From: Rhynchobatus australiae
Taxonomy: Eukaryota
Reading direction: 5' to 3'
Length of the DNA: 64,000 nt
Assembly (NCBI GenBank): GCA_034780895.1
Contig: JAUZTB010000066.1
Coordinates: 20,867,029 to 20,931,028, forward strand
Part shown: piece by piece, positions 13,525 through 26,232 of the stretch
How the letters are laid out: each line of letters begins with the position of its first letter
How positions within the stretch are numbered: the first letter of the stretch is position 1
Made by a program: the position numbers and the translations under genes
Notes under the pieces: model-generated
Told to the model about the DNA's origin: nothing
Seen by the model: the letters and a program-made list of their open reading frames with translations, nothing else
Databases searched by the model: none

Positions 13525-13740
13525 AATCAACTGGATTGTTGTAAAGATCTCTCCAGTTCACGATTGTCCTTCAGAGTGTTTGCCATTCTTAATTGATATG
13601 CGACTCCAGACTCGCCTACGTGGTTGACTCTTAAATATTCTTTGAAACCGGTTAGCAAAGCATCTATTCAAGGGTAGTTAGGGACAGGCAATAAATTAAG
13701 GCACTGCCAGTGGCACATGGATCCTGAGAAATGAATTTAG
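13525..13740 (+). mobile_element. Decayed SINE with L2-like 3' tail
   Basis: tgttgtaaa..ccagttcac..gtccttcag..gactccagac..gtggttgactcttaa..agttagggacaggcaataaat; antisense relatives at ~10140-10260 and ~26585-26815. Confidence 0.6.
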
Positions 13741-15705
13741 TAAAAGTGGTTCCTTTTCTCAGTGCATGACTTCACTGCAGAGCCCATTTTACCACCCCAA
13801 ACCCAAAGGGATGGGGTTATCTTAACATCTTAATGTAACCCTCTGAGCAGAGCTCAATCGCTTGTTCGAATCCAGAACCTGTTCTTACTTGCACAACAAT
13901 ATTAACCTCAGACTCATGCATGCCAGTATCATTACTGCCCCCAGATACTTACTATTTTTATATGAAACACAACTTGAAGACTTTAATTACCTCATAATCA
14001 ATAAAATTAAGCTCAGTAGATAAAACAATTACAGTCACCTCTAGGTTCATGCAGAGTGTGCCCAGAGGCAAAGAGTTGAATGAGAAGCTATATACAATAA
14101 ACAATGTCTGTATTATTGTGCCCCAGAATTCCACCTCAAAGAATCAATTAGACACTGCATGATATCTATTTGTCCTCAACCACTGGATTATGAAGTAATG
14201 GAAATGAGTAAAGCTTCTGATGGAATGGCTCTGTATAATGATAATAACCTACTGTCTGTAATTTGCTGTGTGTACAATATTTCCTTGACTTCAGGAGTTT
14301 AAATCTCATTTCATTAACAGAGTTCTCAATGGCTGCTTTTTTTTTAATGGCCTAGTTATTTTAAATTGGTACTTGGCTGAACTCTGGAAAATGTGTGAGG
14401 TTAAGGTCAGCTGTGATATAATTTTATCCTGACAGTGATTATCTTTGTTAGTTAATGCAAGCCTGCAAGCAATGAAATGACATTATCCTATTGCAGTTTA
14501 CGAGTTTGATAAATAGGTAGCGGGCAACTAGGATAGAATTACTTCTAACTTTCATCAGCTTGAACATGCAAACATTGAGCGTTTTTATTCTGAGGGATAA
14601 AGACTAAGTGGATATACTGTGTTTACTGACATCAATGTTTACTGATGTCGGCTGAGTTCAAAACAATTGCAGTGGCCATCACACTATTTCATTACTTCAC
14701 AGATTATATTAAGCATTACTCAAATAAAGGCTCAGAGCCAGGCCATAAAATGTGGAGTGTGCCCTTTAGAGCAGCTTGAAGGGACTATTAAAGTGTCACC
14801 AACAGACAAAAGGCTTTACACCTCAGTGGCTGTGACATGCAATATGCCACCTCCAACAGATATTCAAATAGTGCATAGTCATAATCTATTTTATAAAGCT
14901 ATGCTAAACAGAATCTTGGTTAGGTTTTAAGAATGATTTGTAATATATTTAATCTCTCCTGCATCCACTCTAATTAACTGTTTTGTTCTGTCCTCTCCTC
15001 CTACGTACATGGCTTCTGTCCTAGCTTGTTGGAAGTTGTTCTTCATTGTATTCACTATATGCACAATGTAGTAACAAAAGCAGTTTGAACTCCACTTCTG
15101 AAATTCATTTCTACTAATGTTAAATGAAACAATTTCAGCAGTTCTATGTGCTCATGTTAATAAATTGTGTAGTCATTGCATATTATAGAGGAAGACTCTC
15201 AAATATCTGTAATATTTTCCAAATCTGAGAAAATGCCATCCCAAAACTAAACTTTAATTTCTTTCTTTCAGAGGTCGCTTGAGCTGTTGAGTGTTTTCAG
15301 TTCTTTCTGTTCCAGACTTGCCTCTCTATCTTTCTCATAGGGACCAACCTTTCAGCTGCAGTAGGAAAGGCAAAGTTTGTAACCAGAAGACAAATTTGGC
15401 TGGATGCTGTCAGGAAACAAAACCTTAGGTCATTGGAGCAAAATGGTGCATAATTCCTTCAGTATATGTGTCACTTTATATTGCCATTCTTCGTGTGAAG
15501 TATCCAGTCAGTTATTTCATTTCATAAGGCAGCACAGCTGAATTCTCAGAAGGCTTTTAGATGCATGCATTCACTGGGAGAGAAAGTCCAGGTTGACCTT
15601 CATCTTCTGTTTTGCCAAGATCAAAATTGACAACAAAGCTGGCAAATATTGAAACTAAACCCAACCTAGTCCACAGCCTCCGCTGGGCAGTGCATTTGCA
15701 GAGTG

Positions 15706-16103
15706 TCAGCTGTGGCTCAGTTGGTAGCACTTCCTCCTCACGTCAGATGTTGCACGTCTGAGTCCCATTCCAGGGTCTCGAGTACAAAAATCTCGGCTGA
15801 TATTCCAGTGAAGTGCCGAGGTTGTGTTGCACTGTCAGAGGTGCTGTTTTTCAGATGAGACATCCAACCGAGGCTCCATCTGTTATTTCACATGGATGCA
15901 AAAAGATCCCAAGTCACTATTTCAAAGAACAGCAGGGGAGTGATTCCCACTGTACTGGCCCTCCAAGGCTTATTCCTCAACCTACATCATTCAATTTAGC
16001 TGTACCTTTGTCTAAATTACAACAGTGACTACATTTTCTTTTGAAGCATTTCAGAATACACTCAAAGGGATACAAAATACGTGGTATAGAAAAATAAGTC
16101 TCT
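15706..16103 (+). mobile_element. Near full-length tRNA-headed Deu-domain SINE (SacSINE1-like)
   Basis: tRNA-like head tgtggctcagttggtagcac, Deu core tgcactgtcagaggtgctgtttttcagatgagac..aaccgaggc..aaaagatccc..cactatttcaaagaacagcagggg, and tail ttacaacagtgactaca. Confidence 0.8.
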
Positions 16104-16699
16104 CCCCCTCCCCCAGTTAAGATAGAGGATGTCTGATGAATTTTTTTGCCACATTTGTACGTTTCTTCACTTAACCCAAATACCTTTTTCTAATCACTGA
16201 TGCAAGCGAGTCAATAACCTGCCGCAATCGTCGGCAAGTTTTTTTTTAACTTGTTAATGTTTATTTTGATTTGTCAAGCCTGGCTGCGGGGATCTGTAAA
16301 CGATGGTTCTGCACATAGAAACCTTGAAACATCAAATGAGATCTTTCAAACAGAGTCAAAGGGAGGTGAGCAAGACAGACAAATTAACTGGGAATTAGGG
16401 ATGGTATACTGGGAGTTACAGAGCAGCAGGGAGAAACAATAGGGAAAATGTCGAAAGACAGTGCAGATATGAAATGCCAATTACATGGCTGGCCCATGTA
16501 ATAACAATCGAAGTCCAGATTCAATTCATAGAGGTATTCCAGTATTTAGGAACATTTAATTATATTGGACATCTGCCTAAACAGCATTACTCTCCTTTAA
16601 TCCTTCCCATCACGTTCAGAAATGGATATGTTTGCTGATTATTGCACAAAATAAAAGTCCATTTGCAACTGCACAGCAAATTGAAGCAGTCCACACCTT

Positions 16700-16930
16700 C
16701 ATGCAACTTGGATTGTTTTCTATGGAGTGGAGGCTGAGGGGAGACCTGATAGAAGTATATAAAATTATGAGCAGCATTGATAGGGTAGACAGCCAGAATC
16801 TTTTACCCAGGGTAGAAATGTCAAGTACTAGAGGATATGTATTTGAGGNNNNNNNNNNNGGGGAAAGTTTAAAAAGATGTGTGGGGCAAGTTTTTATTTT
16901 ACAGAGAGTGGTAAGAGCCTGGAAAGGGAA
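16700..16930 (+). mobile_element. CR1 LINE ORF2 C-terminal fragment
   Basis: LGLFSMEWRLRGDLIEVYKIMSSIDRVDSQNLLP..STRG..FILQRVVRAW. Confidence 0.85.
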
Positions 16931-17664
16931 TCGTGGGCTGGAGATTGGGATATGATACCACTGTGCGGATATGACCTCTTTTGCCATACCCTCTCCAGTT
17001 CAAGGACACGTGAACAGATGTCTCAGAGTAACAGGGTCAGAAAATCGTGATATGAATGGTTTTGTAAGAACATAGTCCTCAGTAACAGAGGTCACCCGTA
17101 CACTTTTTGTGCATTCTAGCTTTTATCTATAAATTTCATTGAAAACAATAGGCAATTAGAAGACCCATTTTCTAAAAGAAGCTGCAAAAAAACTATAAAT
17201 GTTCAAGAAGAATTTTTGCTTCAAATAGAATCATGAGTGTAACCAACAATAATAAACTCATTAGCATAATTACCACTGATTCACATTTTCCAGGTGTGAC
17301 TTGGCTTGCTTTAAATTGTTATCTGAAGTACCAATTACGGCAATTATTAGGTAAATTGCATTTTCTGTACAAAATAATTTCAACATTACAATGTAATATT
17401 TAGTTAAAATGAAATCAGAATAACACTTCCCCCAAATACAATCCCCCCAATGTTTAATGTTGATTCAAAATGTTTACTTTGGTTTTTAATGTAATATAGC
17501 AGATTGGAAAGAAAAAAAATGCCATTGTAAAAGTACTTTTGCTTCTTTCAAGAACATAGGAGGGGAGATATTCATCATCGATTGTTAACATTGGGACTGC
17601 ATGACTATCAGCCGCTGATTGCTTTTATCTGCCAACATACAGGTCCATTGATTTCAGTTCACAT

Positions 17665-18470
17665 AATATAAAAAGAAATAAAAGCAGGAATGGGTTTTTT
17701 GGCCCCTTAGATTCCCTCCACCATTCCATAAAATCATGGCTGATCCTGTGCTTATTCTCCTTCCTGGCTAATCCTCATGTCTTTTGATTCCCTTGTCCAA
17801 TCTCAACCCAAAATATGCTCAATGATGGGCTGTACACAGCTCTGAGGTAGAGTATTCCAAAGATTTACAACAACACTTGTAAAGAACTTCCTCTTCATTA
17901 CCACTCTTCAGTGGTTGACCCCAGAGTCTAAGACAATGTTCTCTGGTAAAAGCTTCTTCAGCTTGAAGAGACAATTTGTTCAGCTTTTGCCCTGTGGATC
18001 CTTCTTTGAATCTGTATGCCTCAACGATATTACAATCCATTCCTCTAAACCCAAGTACAGGTCAGTCTTTGTCAGTTTCCTTTCATAAGACAAATTTCCT
18101 TGCCCTAGAAGTCAATTTTGCAAATCTTCACTACACTGATTTCCAGGTAAGTATATGCTCCTTTGGATGCAACAACCAAAACTGCACACGATACAAAGGA
18201 GGTTCCGTACAATCCCCAGAACACTGATTTATTTATGTTTTCCAATCAGCTTTCAATAAAAGCTAATACACTATTTTCTTCTTAATTTTCATTTGCACCT
18301 ACATCTTTGTCAACTGGGTCTCCTGCACCAGCACATCAAGATTCCCCCATCTCCTTGTTTAAAAAGCTTTTTGCTTTCCTATTCTTCCTACCAAAGTCAC
18401 ATTTTCTCACATTATATTCCATCTGCCACCTCCCTGACCCCACTTACTTAACTTGTTTATATCCCTGGCA
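17665..18470 (-). mobile_element. Decayed CR1 LINE 3' portion
   Basis: aagcaggaatggg..ggcccctt..ccaccattc..atcatggctgatc tail, and later aaccaaaactgcacac, ttcctaccaaagt. Confidence 0.7.
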
Positions 18471-19899
18471 AACTAGGATACATTTCACACAGGATCCCTA
18501 TAAAGTTGGATACATAATCCTCAACCCTAACAACCTTCAACTGTGACCAACAAATTGATGAGCAAAGATTCTGAAATGTCACCCTTAATGAAGCTTGGAT
18601 TTGAATCAAGCCTTACTATTTTTACACTATTAAGTAAAAACCCATGTTCTCTGTAAAGCAAAATTGTTCAACTCTCATAAATCACTGCAAATCCTTAATG
18701 AGTTAGGCTGCTATGAAAATTGGTTGGTTACCAGAAAAAAAATTAGACTGCAGTTAATGTTTCACAACCTTTAACCTTAGTGATTTTATATTCATTTTTT
18801 AGATAGTAGGCCTAAGTTGTGATATAATAACAGCTTTGGAAATCTACCACCCTCTACTTATAAACTGCAAACTTGTCTTGCAAAGCTATACATCAGAGGT
18901 CCATACCTAACTACAACAGGTTTACTTCAAGGAGATGAGGTGAAATTATCCCACTATCAAGGAACTCTGCTTACAGTTAATACATGGGGAAATAATAATT
19001 TTTCATAATTAATTAAAAATCTGGGACCAGTCTAGGTTTTCAATGTGTACTTTTAGTATTTCAGCTCCATAAAATAGATATTTAATCAGCTATTTTGTGG
19101 ANNNNNNNNNNNNNNNNNNNNNNNNNNNNNNNNNNNNNNNNNNNNNNNNNNNNNNNNNNNNNNNNNNNNNNNNNNNNNNNNNNNNNNNNNNNNNNNNNNN
19201 NAGGCTAAAAGAAAGGTCATTAGATGAGCTGTGGCAGATATTTAATCAGCTATTTTGTGGAGCCTTTTGTAACATCTTCTGCAGTAGTAACGGTAGCAAG
19301 TGTGGGCAGTTTTTGATGTAACCAAATGCCCAATAATCATACATACTGGACTGGTAGGGTGTTCCCGGCTATTTACTTGGATATGTGCTCCAGTGTCCCA
19401 GCTCTCCTGAACTGCTAGTTATTTCAGACATCCCTGCTGGCAATCAGAATTGAGGCATTGGTGTCAGCTGGAGTGGAAAAATACTGAAAGTTGAGCTTCT
19501 GCATTCATTTCCAATGGAGAGTGTGTGACAGGTGCGAATGCTGTGCCCTAAGAACTAGTTTCAGGCTGTTGTAATACATAGTCTTCCAATTAGCCACCTT
19601 GTACCGTGAATATTTAAATACGTATGTAAAAAAAAAATCACTGAAGGTTTAGTATCACGTACAATAATGCTGATCATCAATTCTGATGTAATAGTGGAGA
19701 AATAAATTAGATTGACAACAAAATATATAGTTCCATCTGTTCTATTCTGCAGATAGATCTGATGTGGTCTGTGTGTATGAGAAATTAACCATCAAGAATA
19801 TGTTAAACCTTCTCAGAGATGTGTGTTTTCTTTTTATTCAATTAGGATTATTTACAAGCTTCTTGATGCTATCAGATATAATTCATATTGCATCCATAA

Positions 19900-20070
19900 C
19901 AATGAACAATAATAATTTTCAAAGGGGAATTGGAATAAATATTTGAAGAGGAAAATGTTGCAGCTTTGGTGTGGTGGTGGTGATGGAGATGGAACTAATT
20001 TGATATCACCTTCAAAGAGTTGGCACAGACATGATGGGTTGAAAGATCTTCTATGATGTATGATCTTATG
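19900..20070 (+). mobile_element. CR1 LINE 3' tail
   Basis: ttcaaaggggaattggaataaatatttgaag..gagttggcacagacatgatgggttgaa. Confidence 0.65.
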
Positions 20071-22014
20071 GAACAAATACCCCCTTGATTTTCTGATAAT
20101 GTAGCCTTTAATAGCACAGCCTCTGTTAATTAGCTGTGACTTCATGATAGGATATTTATTCTATGTTTGCAAGTAAGAAACATTAATTATTCAGTTGGGT
20201 GCCAGGCTTTAAAGACAGAGCAGTAACAATTCAGCATGGAATCAGGGTGGGAAGCAGGTAAGTGGAAAAGGAGAGATAGAGTGTTTGTGAATGTGGTATC
20301 CTCAAAACACTCCACTTGGTCTTTGCATCGTTACAGATCCAAGATCAGACTGTTCTTGTTGAATGAAGTCTTTCCCTGTTCTTCTCCAACTTTTCTACTG
20401 CTTGGCAGTGAGACTGAACATTAAGGGTAAAATGATGAAACAACGAAGGGAGATGAGAGGTTATTGTGGGTAGATGGGATTAGAGCTGAGATTGCTATCA
20501 GGTGAGCCATGATTTTACTAAATGGTGGAACAGTCTTGAGGGACCAAGTGGCCCACTCCTTTTCCAAATTCATATGTTGATATCCTGATGGTGCTGAAGT
20601 TTGTAATCTCTCAGTTTTAAAGCCACTATATCCTATCATGGACAAACTAGAACATGCCTCTACTTTCTTTCAGTTTTTTTTTCTATATACTGTATCTGTT
20701 CAGAATTATTTTTTTCTAATAAAGCACTTGAATATGGGAATATCATTTTGCTTGAATAATGTGTGACTCAATTAGAATGGGATCCTAAGGCACCTCCATC
20801 CTGGAATATTAGTCTTTACAGTAAACAGAACACTTAGTCTTATGTACTATCTGAATTGGCCCACATTGAAACATGTCCTCTTTAAGAAGCAGACAGATCA
20901 AGTGCTGTTCCTTGGTCTGAAATTGGTTTAAAGCAAAAGCAATGATTGATTTGGTCTATAAACTTCATCCAGTAATCATTTATTACTGAACTTCAAGCCA
21001 CACGTCACTGTTAAGAAGCAAGGAGGCCAATTTCAGAATAGCAGCAGAAGACATCCACTCTGAGTTTCCTGTGAAAGCCCATATCCAGACATTGTTCGGA
21101 TATTGGCTGGTTTGCAATGGAAGATCACTTTATCCAACGAGGTTCCTTCAGAGTGGCAGGGACTAAGTGTGAACCGAAATGGGCACTTTTGCCAAATCCT
21201 TGTCCCAGCATAGTGGTACTTCAACTCCAGTATCACTACGATGCACCAGTTTCCTTTGTTCTGATTCAAGAGCTCCCACATGATGTACTCATCATTTTGA
21301 TGAGCGACATGTGTCACACCTAAAAGATTAGCAAGCCACACAAGGTAATAGGGAAGCTCTGACAAGACTCACCAGTTCTATCACATTGCATGGCAGGAAA
21401 ATCCAAATTTACAGGATATTTTGTTACAATACGTTACTGAAAAGTTATGCAAGTTGTATTGTGCAACAATTTAATAGGCACATGGTTTCATTATTATCAA
21501 GGCTTCCAAGCACACTTTGTTCTACTAAAAATATATGCTGACAAGTAGTTTAATTGATAAGATTTGCAGTTATTCTTGATTAATACATTATAAAGAACAG
21601 TTAACTTACTCAAGAATCTGTTCCACAAAGCCTCATATACTCGTTAAATGTTTTAAATGAGATTATAGGAGTCAACTAAACAGGATTAAATGCAGTGCAT
21701 CTGGCAGTCAAGAGCCATTATTACTGGAATTTATCAAGCCATTTGAACAGACTGTTTCAATTATTTCCAATTTTTCAGTTTGCTGTGCTACTTTAGCACA
21801 GATCTTGTGGGTTTTATGAAGGGTGCTGACCTCGGGACTCTTAAGTGGAAACCTTCATTGGGGAATTGTGCATAGATAAAAACTGGTTGCAAATTTAAGA
21901 TCGCCTAGAGTTCAGGCTAGCAGATAATTCATAGGTAATTCTCCTGCTTGAAAGCAATGCTTTTGTGTAATCTTATTGCACACATTAAATTGTATGGTAT
22001 TGGCCTGCATGAGG

Positions 22015-22160
22015 CAAAATGGCACCTTGTTCGATTCCTTATGTGGCGAGCAAGCTAATCTCAGCAATGGGAAAATTAAGAACTCCGTAACTGGTATTCC
22101 AGATTGGGGGTGGGAGAAGAAATCATACATGGATCCTCTTCTGATCATTAACCACAGGGA
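22015..22160 (+). mobile_element. Ancient SINE-like remnant
   Basis: B-box-like gttcgattcc followed by gctaatctcagc..gggagaagaaatc..tctgatcatt; a possibly related remnant lies at ~50990-51235. Confidence 0.35.
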
Positions 22161-23709
22161 AGAAATTCATTTCTGTTGCTGGGGTTAAAATGGTATAAGC
22201 TTTCAGTATTCTCTTTTGAAGAAAGCTTTCTATTAACTGCAATGGACCAGAATATCAGTGGGTGTGTTGGACAGTGGGGAGTACAACGAGCAGCTGATAC
22301 TCAGTTAGCACCAAGACCAAAGGCTAATATCTACAAAGTCAGCTGGAGGGAGGGTGACCAGTGACCATGCTCCACCATCTTGTGACGCACAATTAGCCGC
22401 ATCATGTGGGCTACCATGAGGGAATGACTAAAGGGAGGAAATCTGATAGAAAATTAAATTAAAAAGAAAAGTATTTAATTTGCACAATAAAGGCATTCAA
22501 TCCAAAATTGATCTGAAACTAGCTGATAAACAACCAAAACCATCTACTTGTTGCATCTAATCAACAGGAACCCGATGGAAAGATTTCCAAATGAACAGAT
22601 TCAGTACTCTATTACAAAAGTGGTCCTNNNNNNNNNNNNNNNNNNNNNNNNNNNNNNNNNNNNNNGGCATTTGATTGGAGTTAAGGGTGGGGAAGGTCAG
22701 CTAGAAAGGACATGGGTCCCACACAATAATCACTATTAACATTAAGGATGTGCATGGATGCTCATTTTAAGAGTTTAGCATCCTCCTCGAAAGGCGGTCA
22801 TATTTATATCCCAGTGCACTCATCAGGCTATAGGCAGCCACCACTGTAAACAAAATATTGACCTTTTGATTTGTCCAAGGACCTTGTGGTGACTGTGTGG
22901 TCTGTAGTCACGCAGAGTTNNNNNNNNNNATGTTTTAAAGAAGACGATGACCTCAAACACTCATTCATTGTACCTTTGGTAGATGATTACTTTCTGTCCC
23001 AATAAATATTAGTGTTGGGTGCAAACAATCAGGAGGCAATTTTCATTCTGTTACCTCCCCATTTAGGCTCAAAAGCTGTACAGTGATAGGACCAAATAAG
23101 TGCAGCTACTCCAAACCACACACGACTGCTTCACCTTGTGCTAATTTTCAGGTGGACTTGGATCCAAGTGGCCACGATACATGAATAACAAAGAGGAAGA
23201 AGTATCAAGGAGGATTAATGGCTCAAGAGAATGAAGGCTATGCCATTCAGAATGCTGTAAGAATTCAATGTAAGTAATGACCAAGGAAGTGGGAAGTTTT
23301 ACCTTTCAGGGAAGGAATAGACAAGAATAGCTATGTCAAACTCATCTGAGATAATGAAAGATTGAGGTGCTACCATGACAATTAAATTAACAAAATGACA
23401 CTGGTTTTCCCAGTAAGGCTATGGAAATGTGGAAAACTGGATTTACTGAGTGCGAGGAAGAGGATTACCTCATTTGTAAAGTGATTTTAAAAAAAATCCT
23501 CAACCTTAATCCTGGTTCTCTCTCCACAAGTGTCACCTGACCTACTGAGTATTTCCAGCATCTTTTGTTTTTTTATTTCACTTGAAAAGTGTTCTGATGT
23601 AGGTTGCTTAAGATCCCACGGACAATCAGGAGAGCAACCATTTCATCCTGGGCCACACAATGTCTGTGCATTTCCTCAAGGCCACGGTGCATCTTTAAAT
23701 TACTACTTT

Positions 23710-24040
23710 AAGCACGTATACAAGATCATGACTGGTTTAGGTAGAACAAGTTGAGGGAAGCTTTTCCCAATACTCAAAAGACTAAGCAACACGGATTTAA
23801 AGTTTTGGGCAAAAGATACCAGGATGGGGGGAAAGAACTTCTTGATTTGAAACTCACTATCTACAGGAAACATAATCAGTTAGCACCTCCAAAAGGAAAT
23901 TGGTCAGGACCTTGAGAAAGAATAATTTGCAAAGCAGTAGGAAAAGAACAGGGACAATGGGAATAATGGAATTACTTTAACAGAAACCAGCCTGGAATCT
24001 GTGTCAAATGAGTTCCTTCTATGCTGTACTAATTCTACAT
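23710..24040 (+). mobile_element. Decayed CR1 LINE 3' portion
   Basis: gtatacaagatcatgactggtttag..gggaagcttttccca..ttccttctatgctgta. Confidence 0.65.
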
Positions 24041-24789
24041 GACGTTGGCAAATCATTGAGTGGAAGATAAAAGAGTAAGACAGCAGGTAGAATGAGTGGA
24101 TGGGATCAAAGAGCCACTAGCAGTCTCCAAATTAGCTTGTGGTTGGTGACAGATTGTCTTGAAGGGAGCTGGTCCATTGAATCACCAGGACTTGACACTC
24201 TTGACAGTTGGCTGAGTGAACAGTATCATTTAGATCCTGATGCAACTTTTGCCCTTTGTGACCTGACTAATTCTACTTACAGCTGCTGCCCATGATTCAA
24301 AATCAAGAGGCTGCTATTTCTACTAGAATTTAATGATGTTTTTGCAGATGTTTCCTTTTAGTATTTCTGGGATTTTCATATTCACTGTCTATAATCCATA
24401 TTTTCAGCTGCATACATTTTAAATTGGAGTGCTCAGAACTCCACTTGTGACCGGAAAGAGTATGAGCAATGAGCAAATGGAGATAGAACAGAGGAGGGCA
24501 AGTAGGTGAAAATATGTTCAAAGGAATAAATTTCCCAACAGCAGACCTATGGCTTCCAGTAGAAAAGTACGCAAGGAGACCGTCATTCTCAAGGGGAATG
24601 CATAACTTTCCACAAGACTTGAGAGCATCTAATAAATAATACTGCAATTTATGGCACAAAATGTGTCCAGGCTAGGCAGGGATTGACTATTTAGGCTGAT
24701 CTCACTTGGACCAGAGCACTGCAGGTCACGGCTCCAGTGATGCATCTGTTTGTTAAAATGTGGTAACAGCTCTACCTCCACCAGCTTCT

Positions 24790-24930
24790 TGTCTCCTTCC
24801 CAGTTCCGACAAAGGGTATTCGACCTGAAATGTCAACTCTGTTTCTTTTCCCACAGATGTGGCCTGACCTGCTGAGTATTTGCAGTATTTTCTGTTCTTA
24901 TTTTAGATTTCCAGCATCTGCAATACTTTT
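24790..24930 (+). mobile_element. Penelope terminal repeat with decayed minimal hammerhead motif (24802-24838)
   Basis: agtt-ccgacaa-agggtattcgacct-gaaat-gtc-aact, then cacagatgtggcctgacctgctgagtatt..ccagcatctgca. Confidence 0.7.
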
Positions 24931-25399
24931 GATCTACTGAATGCAACTACCCATTTCTTCTGAAAGAAATATGACAGATAAACCATGTTTCATGGCTAGG
25001 GTAGATAATCAGAAATCAAGTCATGAAAGATGTTGTAAACCATTCCCGTCTGGATTTTTCCTTCCTCCATCTCACTGGTACAAATCCTGACCTGACACTT
25101 TTGTTTATTCTCTGGGAGGACGTTGGTAAAGATTTGGTGTCAGTCAAGAGCTGTCCAAGAATTTATCTCAACTCCCCAGGGACACGAAACCTTCCCTCCT
25201 GCACCATCTGTTGAGCTACTTATTGAGATGTCTGATCTTCTTCTTGCCAACCCGCCTGGTGTGAGATATTGGGAGAAATCTTCAGATCACTTGCTTTCTT
25301 GACTCCAAGAATTTTTAATTGAACCACATTCTGGAACCGTTACTCTCCTCCCACAGTGCTGTTGGGGAGGGAGTTCCAGGCTTTCGTCCCAGTGCTGAA

Positions 25400-25870
25400 G
25401 AACACAAGAAAATAGGAGCAGGAGTAGACCACCTGATCCTCAAGCCTGCCCTGCCATGATCCGTCCCAGGCCTCATATCCTCTTCAGAGGTCAACAGAAC
25501 TAGAGGACATGGGTTTAGGGCAAGGAAAAGAAATTCAGAGGGAGTATAAGAGCCTTCTTAAAGATTTCTTTATTAAGATACATGTACATCGAAACACACA
25601 GTGAAATGCATCTTTGTGTAGAGTGTTCTGGGGGCAGCCAGCAAGTGTCACGACGATTCCAGCGTCAATATAGAATGCCCACAACTTCCGAATCTGTACA
25701 TCTTTGGAATGTGGGAGGAAACCGAAGCACCCAGAGGAAACCCTTCACCTGGTGAGTGGCACGCATTTGCAATGCACTGCCTGAGAGAGTGGGTGAAGCT
25801 GGATCACTGACAGCATTTAAGTGTCCAGATGAACACTTAGGTATAGAGGGCTATGGACCAAGTACTGGGT
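25400..25870. mobile_element. CR1 3' fragments (antisense tail 25400-25485; sense fragment 25495-25870 split by a V-SINE)
   Basis: aactagaggacatgggtttaggg..., resumed after the SINE by ccttcacctggtgagtgg..aatgcactgcctgagagagtgg. Confidence 0.7.
25558..25741 (-). mobile_element. 5'-truncated V-SINE (Rex1-like tail)
   Basis: V-domain tgtgggaggaaaccgaagcacccagaggaaac; flanked by a ccttc direct repeat. Confidence 0.8.
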
Positions 25871-25997
25871 GATGAGGTTAATACAGAAGGGTCCTCANNN
25901 NNNNNNNNNNNNNNNNNNNNNNNNNNNNNNNNNNNNNNNNNNNNNNNNNNNNNNNNNNNNNNNNNNNNNNNNNNNNNNNNNNNNNNNNNNNNNNNNN

Positions 25998-26232
25998 CTG
26001 TCTGTAAGGAGTTTGTACGTTCTCCCTGTGTCTGCGTGGGTTTCCTCCGGGTGCTCCGGTTTCCTCCCATATTCTAAAGACGTACAGGTTAGGAAGTTGT
26101 GGGCGTGCTATGTTGGCACCGGAAGCGTGGTGACACTTGCGGGCTGCCCCCCAGAACACCGTACGCAAAAGGTGCATTTCACTGTGTGTTTCGATGTACA
26201 TGTGACTAATAAAGAAACCTCATCTCATCTTA
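25998..26232 (+). mobile_element. V-SINE (Rex1-like tail); head lies in the N gap
   Basis: gagtttgtacgttctccctgtgtctgcgtgggtttcctccgggtgctccggtttcctccca V-domain; tail tttcactgtgtgtttcgatgtacatgtgactaataaag. Confidence 0.88.

Noticed and set aside
19075-19262. Apparent direct repeat agatatttaatcagctattttgtgga
   Set aside because: The copies flank a 100-N gap; probably an assembly overlap artefact.
21033-21365. 110-aa minus-strand ORF and overlapping + ORFs in unique-looking sequence
   Set aside because: No recognisable domain in the frames examined and no convincing splice-site pair; length is compatible with chance.
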